From Pseudonocardia sp. (GTDB taxonomy: Bacteria > Actinomycetota > Actinomycetes > Mycobacteriales > Pseudonocardiaceae): a stretch of 54,968 nucleotides of DNA. The translations under genes were made by a program, and so were the position numbers. This document shows positions 48,338 through 54,968 of this stretch, piece by piece. The notes under the pieces were generated by a model. It saw only the letters and a list, made by a program, of their open reading frames with translations, was not told the origin of the DNA and ran no database searches. Location of the stretch: contig DASYLM010000348.1 of the NCBI GenBank assembly GCA_036009565.1, forward strand, positions 1 through 54,968, read 5' to 3'. The number at the start of each line of letters is the position of its first letter. The first letter of the stretch is position 1.

Positions 48338-48856
48338 GTGACGGTGGTCGAAACGGCGCTCCGCTTCATCCCACAGCCCTACCGGGCTGTCGCGATCAGG
48401 CATCGGGAGTTGCTCAAGTTCGCCATGGTCGGAGGAACCACCTGGGTGATCGACACCATCATCTTCCTCGTGCTCAAGAGCACCATCCTCGAGCCCAAGC
48501 CGGTCACCGCGAAGGTGATCTCCGTGCTGGTCGCCACGCTCGCCTCCTACGGCCTGAACCGGGGTTGGTCCTTCCGCACCCGGGGCGGCCGCGAGCGCCA
48601 CCACGAGGCGGTGCTCTACGTACTGGTCAGCGGGGCCAGCGTGGCCGTCTACGCCGCGCCGCTGTGGCTGTCGCGCTACGCACTGGACCTGCGGGTACCC
48701 GCCGTCCCGCTGATCACCGAGCACTGGGCGGACTTCATCAGCGGCCAGATCGTCGGTGTGCTGGTCGGCATGGCGTTCCGCTGGTGGGCGTTCCGCCGCT
48801 TCGTCTTCCCGCACCAGGACGTCCGGCGCCAGATAGTCCCCGCAACCGAGAACTGA
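48338..48856 (+). CDS. GtrA family membrane protein
   Basis: ELLKFAMVGG, NRGWSF, FRWWAFRRFVF; Rv3277 position. Confidence 0.88.
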   Translation: MTVVETALRFIPQPYRAVAIRHRELLKFAMVGGTTWVIDTIIFLVLKSTILEPKPVTAKVISVLVATLASYGLNRGWSFRTRGGRERHHEAVLYVLVSGASVAVYAAPLWLSRYALDLRVPAVPLITEHWADFISGQIVGVLVGMAFRWWAFRRFVFPHQDVRRQIVPATEN

Positions 48857-48862
48857 GCGGCT

Positions 48863-49693
48863 GTGCCCGATTCCCCGCCCGATTCCCCGCCCGACTCCCC
48901 GCCCGACTCCCCGCCCGACTCCCCGGACGCCGACCTGCGGTTGGCGTTGACCCTCGCGGACACCGCCGACCGGATCACCCTGGCCCGCTTCCGGGCCGCC
49001 GACCTGCGGGTGGACCGCAAGCCGGACCGCACCCCGGTCACCGACGCGGACACCGCCGCCGAGGACGCCATCCGCGGCGTGCTGGCCGAGCAGCGCCCCG
49101 GCGACGCGGTCCTCGGTGAGGAGCGCGGCGGCTCGCTGGACGGGCGGGCCTGGATCCTGGACCCGATCGACGGCACCAAGAACTACTCCCGCGGCATGCC
49201 GGTGTGGGCCACCCTGATCGCGCTGGCCGAGCGGGGCCGCCCGCTGGTCGGTGTGGTCAGCGCGCCGGCGATGGGCCGCCGGTGGTGGGCCAGTGCCGGC
49301 GGCGGGGCCTTCACCAGCGACCTCGGCGGCGCGGTGCGGCGGCTCGCGGTGTCCGGCGTGCGCGACCTGGCGGACGCCTACCTGTCCACCACCGAGCTGA
49401 GCAGCTGGAAAGAGCTCGGCACCCTGGACCGGTACCTGCGGCTGGCCGAGCAGTGCTGGGTGGTGCGCGCCTTCGGCGACTTCTGGCAGCACGTGCTGGT
49501 CGCCGAGGGCGCGATCGACCTCGGCATCGACGCCGAGGCGAACACCTGGGACCTGGCCGCGCTCCAGCTGATCGTCACCGAGGCCGGCGGCACCTTCACC
49601 GACCTGGGTGGCACCGCCCGCTTCGACGGCGGCAGCGGCATCTCCTCCAACGGCGCGCTGCACGACGCCGCGCTCGCCCAGCTGAAGGCCTAG
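48863..49693 (+). CDS. hisN: Histidinol-phosphatase / inositol monophosphatase family
   Basis: KPDRTPVTDAD, LGEE, WILDPIDGTKNY, RAFGDFW, WDLAA. Confidence 0.8.
   Translation: MPDSPPDSPPDSPPDSPPDSPDADLRLALTLADTADRITLARFRAADLRVDRKPDRTPVTDADTAAEDAIRGVLAEQRPGDAVLGEERGGSLDGRAWILDPIDGTKNYSRGMPVWATLIALAERGRPLVGVVSAPAMGRRWWASAGGGAFTSDLGGAVRRLAVSGVRDLADAYLSTTELSSWKELGTLDRYLRLAEQCWVVRAFGDFWQHVLVAEGAIDLGIDAEANTWDLAALQLIVTEAGGTFTDLGGTARFDGGSGISSNGALHDAALAQLKA
48865..48924. repeat. 12-bp tandem repeat GCCCGA(T/C)TCCCC x5 (PDSP repeats)
   Basis: Seen directly. Confidence 0.92.
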
Positions 49694-49752
49694 CCCGGAA
49701 TCAGCCGGGATCAGCCGGCACCTCCCGGTCCGGCCGTGGCACGATCTCGGCC

Positions 49753-50214
49753 ATGCCAGAGCTCGCGTTCGAGGACTTCAAGGGCAGCCAGGTGTTCGAC
49801 CTGGGCACGACCACCGTCGACGGCGACGAGATGGTCGCGTTCGCCCGCCGGTTCGACCCGCAGCCGTTCCACCTGGACGCGGCGGCGGCCGCGGACAACA
49901 CGCTGCTCGGCGGGCGGCTGTGCGCCTCCGGCTGGTTCACCGCGTCGCTGTGGATGCGCTCCTGGGCCGAGGTCGTGCTGAACCGCTCGACCGCGCTGGG
50001 CTCGCCCGGTGGCAACTCGCTGAGCTGGCCGGCCCCGGTGTTCGCCGGTGACGTGCTCAGCTCACGGGCCGGGGTGCTGGGTGCCCGGCCGTCGCGCAGC
50101 AAGCCGGGGATCGGCCTCGTCGACGTGCTGGCCACCCTGCACCGCGGCGACGACTGCGTCTACCGCGCCCAGTTCACCGCGATCTTCGGCACCCGGGTAC
50201 CCGCCGAGTCGTGA
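49753..50214 (+). CDS. MaoC-like dehydratase
   Basis: FEDF, FARRFDPQPFHLD, ASGW.T, WPAPVFAGD. Confidence 0.88.
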   Translation: MPELAFEDFKGSQVFDLGTTTVDGDEMVAFARRFDPQPFHLDAAAAADNTLLGGRLCASGWFTASLWMRSWAEVVLNRSTALGSPGGNSLSWPAPVFAGDVLSSRAGVLGARPSRSKPGIGLVDVLATLHRGDDCVYRAQFTAIFGTRVPAES

Positions 50215-50345
50215 GTGGCGGGCATTGCCCTGGGGCCGATGTCCCCCAAGCGAGGGCGCACCTACCTGATCGAGGTCGCGGTCGCTTCCCGCGATGACGG
50301 GTTGAACCTGGTTTGGCTGTACGGCACCAACCCACTCGCGACTGG

Positions 50346-51530
50346 TCAGGACCCCTGGTCCTGCTTGTTCGCCAGCTCCTTCTGGTACTTCTCGGTCATG
50401 TGCGCGACCGCCAGGTTCTGCTGCTCGGCGTGTCCGGTGCGGGTGTCCGAGGCCCGCTGCTTGGCGTTCCGGGTGGCCTGCGCCTGCCCCTGGAACTCCG
50501 GCATCACGTGCTGCGCGATCAGCTCGTAGGACCGCCGGGTGGCCTCCGGGTTGGCCCACTCGTGCGCCAGCAGCAGGAACGCGCCGAAGCCGCCGGACTG
50601 GTCGACCAGCCGCTGCACCTGGGCCTTCGCATCCTCCACGGTGCCGATCGCACCGGTGCCGGACTCGTTGATGAAGTCGATCATCGCCTTGAGGTCGCCG
50701 CCGCTGCCGACGTCCATCTGCGGGAACGCGGCGACCTTCTGGAAGTAGTTGAACCACTGCTCGATGCCGTGCTCCACCTCCTTGTAGGCCTGCTCGCGGG
50801 TCTCCGCGATGTGCATCAGGCCGACCAGGCGCCACTTGTCCCGGTTCACCGTGGTGTTGAAGGCGGCGGCCCGCTCCTCCATCACGTTCCAGTGGTGTGC
50901 CAGTGCGTCGAAGCCGTCGGAGGTCAGGGTGGCGCCGATGGACAACAGGCCCACCCCGTGCCTGCCGGCGAGCCTGGGCCCGGTCGGCGAGGCGACGGCG
51001 GCCACCGCGACGTCGAAGTGCGGGTCGGAGTACGGGCGCAGGTGCAGCTGGGCGTTGACCAGCCGGTGCGTACCGGTGTCGACGGTGACCGGTTCGTCGC
51101 TGGTCAGCAGCCGCATGACCACGTCGAGGTTGGTCTCCAGCAGCTCCCTGGTCTGGGTCGGGTTGAGCCCGATCATCGCCGAGTCGGTGGGCAGCGAGCC
51201 CGGCCCGACACCGAGCATCACCCGGCCCCTGGTCAGGTGGTCCAGCAGCACCAGACGCTCGGCCACCCACAGCGGGTTGTGGTAGGACAGCGAGGTCACG
51301 CCGGTGCCCAGCTTGATGTTCTTGGTGCGCTCGGCGGCGGCCGCGATGAAGATCTCCGGTGAGGCGATGATCTCGCTGCCCGCCGAGTGGTGCTCGCCGA
51401 TCCAGGCCTCGTCGTAGCCGCACTGGTCGAGGTGCTCGACGAGCCGCAGGTCCCGTTGCAGGGCGAGCGTGGGGTTCTCCCCCGCGGGGTGGAACGGGGC
51501 CAGGAAGATACCGAACCGCAGTCTGCTCAT
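50346..51530 (-). CDS. LLM-class flavin-dependent monooxygenase (limonene monooxygenase-like)
   Basis: FGIFLAPFH, AWIGEHHS, LGTGV.SL.YHNP, LDHLTRGR, GPGSLPTD. Confidence 0.88.
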   Translation of the reverse strand: MSRLRFGIFLAPFHPAGENPTLALQRDLRLVEHLDQCGYDEAWIGEHHSAGSEIIASPEIFIAAAAERTKNIKLGTGVTSLSYHNPLWVAERLVLLDHLTRGRVMLGVGPGSLPTDSAMIGLNPTQTRELLETNLDVVMRLLTSDEPVTVDTGTHRLVNAQLHLRPYSDPHFDVAVAAVASPTGPRLAGRHGVGLLSIGATLTSDGFDALAHHWNVMEERAAAFNTTVNRDKWRLVGLMHIAETREQAYKEVEHGIEQWFNYFQKVAAFPQMDVGSGGDLKAMIDFINESGTGAIGTVEDAKAQVQRLVDQSGGFGAFLLLAHEWANPEATRRSYELIAQHVMPEFQGQAQATRNAKQRASDTRTGHAEQQNLAVAHMTEKYQKELANKQDQGS

Positions 51531-51595
51531 GGCCTCACGCTACGGCGCGGCAGTGATCTCCGACACCGTTGCGGGAAGGTTGCGATCGGTCGGCC

Positions 51596-52078
51596 TCAGT
51601 TGGGCGCGGCGGCCTGGTAGAGCAGGCCGTAGACGTGCTGGACACCGGGAATGTCCTCGAAGTCCAATGGTTCGTCGGAGGCCGACTCGACGCTCAGCGT
51701 GCCGCAGCCGAGCATCCGCTCGAACACCGTCTGGCGGAAGTGCACGCTGGTGATCCGGTTCATCGGGATCTCGAAGCCGGTACGGGTGAGCACGCCCTCG
51801 CGGACCAGCACCCGGCGGTTGGTGACCACAAAATGGGTGCACCGCCAACGCAGCAGCGGTGCCACGGTGAACCAGACGACCAGCACCAGGGCCACCACGG
51901 CGATCGCCAGCGAGCCGTACGTGCTCCACTGCTGCCCGCTGATCAGCGCCGCGAGGTAGGTCGCCAGCCCGACCGTGACCAGGAAGACCAGTGCGGGCAG
52001 CACCAGCATCTTGGGGTGCGGATGCTCGTGGGTGAGTACCTGCTCGCCGGTGACCAGCAGCTCGTCCGGATAGGGCAC
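51596..52078 (-). CDS. bPH_2 (PH domain) membrane protein
   Basis: PYPDELL..GE..L..HPH, THFVVTNRRV, ERMLGCGTLSVESAS; Rv3278c position. Confidence 0.88.
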   Translation of the reverse strand: MPYPDELLVTGEQVLTHEHPHPKMLVLPALVFLVTVGLATYLAALISGQQWSTYGSLAIAVVALVLVVWFTVAPLLRWRCTHFVVTNRRVLVREGVLTRTGFEIPMNRITSVHFRQTVFERMLGCGTLSVESASDEPLDFEDIPGVQHVYGLLYQAAAPN

Positions 52079-52140
52079 GCGCTCACGGTAGCGCGCTGTA
52101 TCCGATCGGTCGGGCAGGCGCTCGGGGTGCTCTCGGGCTC

Positions 52141-53043
52141 TCAGCCCAGCTGTTCGGCGGCCAGCTCGCCCGGTATCGCCCGCAGGTGCACGACGTCGCC
52201 GGCCGCGACCGCGCGCGTCGCGCCGCTCTGCTCGCGCACCAGCAGCCGCCCGTCACCGTCCACGTCGAACGCGGTGGCCAGGGTGGTGCGCCCGCCCGGC
52301 TGCTCGATCCGCACCGGCGAGCCGAGCGTCGCGCACGCGGCCCGGTAGTCGGCGAGCAGCCCCACCGCGTCCGGGTCGCCGCCCGCCGCCCGCCACGCCG
52401 CCTCGTCCGCCAGCAGCCGGCGCAGCAGCGCGGCCAGCAGTGCGTTGCGGCTGACCTCGGCGCCCTCGGCGTGCAGTGAGCTGGCGCCGTCGGGCAGCTC
52501 GTCGCGGCGGTTGCGCACGTTCAGCCCGATGCCGATGACCACCGCCGGCTCGGCGCCACTGGCGTCGGCCTCGGCGAGCAGCCCGGCGCACTTGGCCACC
52601 GCCGGCCCGCCGGGCGGCCCGAGCAGCAGGTCGTTCGGCCACTTCAGCGCGGCGGCCAGCGGGGTGAGCTCGGTGACCGTGCGCAGCAGCGCCAGCCCCG
52701 CCAGCAGCGGCAGCCAGCCCCACCGGGCGGTCGGCACCCCGCTCGGGCGCAACAGAACGCTCACGGTCAGCCCGGCGCCCGGCGGTGACGTCCAGCGCCG
52801 GTCCAGCCGGCCTCGCCCGGCCTGCTGCAGCTCGGCGACCAGCACGCTGCGGTCCGGGGCACCGGCGCGGGCGGCGGACAGCAGGTCGGCGTTCGTCGAA
52901 CCGGTGCGGGCCACCACGTCGAGACGGGCCACCGGTCCGGCCGGGGCGAGCAGCTCGGAGCGCAGCGCGACGACGTCCAACGGGTCGGCCAGCGGGGTCT
53001 CGAACGGGGCGTCCGGCGGGTCGGCGAGCGGCGGGAGATCCAC
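52141..53043 (-). CDS. birA: Biotin--[acetyl-CoA-carboxylase] ligase
   Basis: TGSTNADL, QQAGRGRLDRRW, LKWPNDLL, KCAGLL, GIGLNV, AGDVVHLR. Confidence 0.95.
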   Translation of the reverse strand: MDLPPLADPPDAPFETPLADPLDVVALRSELLAPAGPVARLDVVARTGSTNADLLSAARAGAPDRSVLVAELQQAGRGRLDRRWTSPPGAGLTVSVLLRPSGVPTARWGWLPLLAGLALLRTVTELTPLAAALKWPNDLLLGPPGGPAVAKCAGLLAEADASGAEPAVVIGIGLNVRNRRDELPDGASSLHAEGAEVSRNALLAALLRRLLADEAAWRAAGGDPDAVGLLADYRAACATLGSPVRIEQPGGRTTLATAFDVDGDGRLLVREQSGATRAVAAGDVVHLRAIPGELAAEQLG

Positions 53044-53121
53044 CCGCCGGAGGGTACTCGGAGATGAGTCAGCTCACTGCGGGCCGCGGTGGGCTGCTCT
53101 GCTTGGTTATTGTGCCCAGCC

Positions 53122-54756
53122 ATGAGCACCGCAACGCAGCCGCTCGGCGAGCCACCGGCGGAAGAACCGGACATCCACACCACCGCCGGCAAGCTTGCCG
53201 ATCTCTACCTGCGCCACGATGCGGCGGTGCATGCCGGCTCGGAGAAGGCCATCGAGCGGCAGCACGCCAAGGGCCGCCAGACTGCCCGCGAGCGCATCGA
53301 CCAGCTGCTCGACCCGGGCTCGTTCGTCGAGCTGGACGCGCTGACCCGGCACCGCTCCACCAACTTCGGCATGCAGGCCAACCGCCCCTTCGGCGACGGC
53401 GTGGTGACCGGCAGCGGCACCGTCGACGGCCGCCCGGTGTGCGTGTTCAGCCAGGACGCGACGGTGTTCGGCGGCTCGCTCGGCGAGGTGTACGGCGAGA
53501 AGATCGTCAAGGTGATGGACCTGGCGATCAAGATCGGCTGCCCGGTGATCGGGATCAACGACGGCGGCGGCGCCCGGATCCAGGAGGGCGTGGTCGCCCT
53601 CGGCCTGTACGGGGAGATCTTCCTGCGCAACGTGCGCAGCTCCGGGGTGATCCCGCAGATCTCGCTGATCATGGGTCCGTCGGCCGGTGGCGCGGTGTAC
53701 TCCCCGGCGCTCACCGACTTCACCGTGATGGTGGACAAGACCAGCCACATGTTCATCACCGGGCCGGACGTGATCAAGACGGTGACCGGCGAGGACGTCG
53801 ACATGGAGGAGCTGGGCGGCGGCCGGGCGCACAACTCCAAGTCCGGCGTGGCGCACTACCTGGCCGACGACGAGGACGACGCACTCGCCTACGTCAAGGA
53901 GCTGCTGTCCTTCCTGCCCTCCAACAACCTGTCCGAGCCGCCGGCGTTCGCGGCCGCCGAGCCGGTCGAGGGGGCCATCACCGACGGGCTCACCGAGACC
54001 GACCTGGAGCTGGACACCCTCATCCCGGACTCGCCGAACCAGCCCTACGACATCCGTGAAGTGATCAGCCGGGTGGTCGACGAGGGCGAGTTCCTCGAGG
54101 TGCACAGCCTGTTCGCGCCGAACATCGTGGTCGGTTTCGGCCGCGTCGAGGGGCAGAGCGTCGGTGTGGTGGCCAACCAGCCCACCCAGTTCGCCGGCTG
54201 CCTGGACATCGACGCATCCGAGAAGGCGGCCCGGTTCGTGCGCACCTGCGACGCGTTCAACATCCCGGTGCTGACCTTCGTCGACGTGCCGGGCTTCCTG
54301 CCGGGCACCGAGCAGGAGTGGAACGGGATCATCCGGCGCGGCGCGAAGCTGATCTACGCCTACGCCGAGGCCACCGTCCCCAAGGTCACCGTGATCACCC
54401 GCAAGGCCTACGGCGGTGCGTACGACGTGATGGGTTCCAAGCACCTCGGCGCGGACGTGAACATCGCCTGGCCGACCGCGCAGATCGCGGTCACCGGGGC
54501 GCAGGGCGCGGTGAGCATCCTCTACCGCAAGGACCTCAAGGAGCTGGCCGGCGACGAGCTGGCCGCCAAGCGCTCCGAGCTGCAGCAGGACTACGAGGAC
54601 ACCCTCTGCAACCCCTACATCGCGGCCGACCGGGGCTACATCGACGGGGTCATCCCGCCGTCGCACACCCGGGGCCATGTCGGCCGGTCGCTGCGGCTGC
54701 TGGCGACCAAGCGGGAGGCCGCGCCGGCCCGCAAGCACGGGAACATCCCCCTGTGA
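53122..54756 (+). CDS. accD5: Acyl-CoA carboxylase beta (carboxyltransferase) subunit, AccD5/PccB type
   Basis: [56 protein letters not shown]. Confidence 0.93.
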   Translation: MSTATQPLGEPPAEEPDIHTTAGKLADLYLRHDAAVHAGSEKAIERQHAKGRQTARERIDQLLDPGSFVELDALTRHRSTNFGMQANRPFGDGVVTGSGTVDGRPVCVFSQDATVFGGSLGEVYGEKIVKVMDLAIKIGCPVIGINDGGGARIQEGVVALGLYGEIFLRNVRSSGVIPQISLIMGPSAGGAVYSPALTDFTVMVDKTSHMFITGPDVIKTVTGEDVDMEELGGGRAHNSKSGVAHYLADDEDDALAYVKELLSFLPSNNLSEPPAFAAAEPVEGAITDGLTETDLELDTLIPDSPNQPYDIREVISRVVDEGEFLEVHSLFAPNIVVGFGRVEGQSVGVVANQPTQFAGCLDIDASEKAARFVRTCDAFNIPVLTFVDVPGFLPGTEQEWNGIIRRGAKLIYAYAEATVPKVTVITRKAYGGAYDVMGSKHLGADVNIAWPTAQIAVTGAQGAVSILYRKDLKELAGDELAAKRSELQQDYEDTLCNPYIAADRGYIDGVIPPSHTRGHVGRSLRLLATKREAAPARKHGNIPL

Positions 54757-54968
54757 GCGACTCGAGCGACTCGGTGGGCGACTCGGTGGGCGACTCGCCC
54801 GAGTCCGGGCCGCCCGGGCGCGAGTCCGAGCGTGAGGCCGAGTCCGAGTCCGAGGCCGAGGCCGAGTCCGAGCCCGAGTCCGAGTCCGAGCGCAAGGCCG
54901 AGGCTGAGCCCCAGGCCGAGTCCGAGCCCGAGGCCGAGCCCCAGGCCGAGTCCGAGCCCGAGGCCGAG
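54753..54968 (+). CDS. Partial CDS with acidic low-complexity N-terminus, probably acyl-CoA carboxylase epsilon subunit
   Basis: GTGA overlap with accD5 stop; open to window edge; accE position (product inferred from synteny only). Confidence 0.55.
   Translation, partial: MSDSSDSVGDSVGDSPESGPPGRESEREAESESEAEAESEPESESERKAEAEPQAESEPEAEPQAESEPEAE
54820..54968. repeat. Hexamer microsatellite (GAGNCC)n encoding E-[S/A/P] repeats
   Basis: Seen directly; continues past the edge. Confidence 0.9.

Noticed and set aside
1-54968. rRNA, tRNA, IS, prophage or defence-system genes
   Set aside because: No recognisable signatures; nearly all sequence is explained by metabolic, regulatory and cell-envelope genes

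Overview
High-GC actinomycete chromosomal DNA; gene content and order suggest Pseudonocardiaceae or a relative (inference). The backbone is the conserved actinobacterial block that is Rv3255c-Rv3281 in M. tuberculosis: manA, SIS protein, phosphomannomutase, DUF3499, zincin, whiB, fbiA/fbiB, mannose-1-P guanylyltransferase, wbbL, rmlD/rmlB, LCP, TIGR03089, fadE25-like ACAD, purE/purK, GtrA, bPH_2, birA, accD5 and accE. Left of it lie an amide-utilisation locus (AmiC-like sensor, MarR, FmdB, formamidase, MetX-like hydrolase) and a GlnA4-type gamma-glutamylation operon. Accessory genes are inserted at several points of the backbone. I see no rRNA, tRNA, CRISPR array, integrase or transposase. The most interesting signals not explained by genes are: (1) four copies of a ~62-75 bp four-box palindrome (CACAGAC..CACAGAC..GTCTGTG..GTCTGTG, offsets 0/20/35/55) at the borders of accessory modules, one at a gene truncation point; (2) a three-way-junction structured RNA preceded by a 12-codon ORF with a strong SD, between purE and the acyl-CoA dehydrogenase; (3) paired operator sites, one set with no adjacent regulator; (4) two pseudogene remnants; (5) frequent short tandem duplications at gene ends. 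Product calls come from motif recognition and synteny, not database searches.
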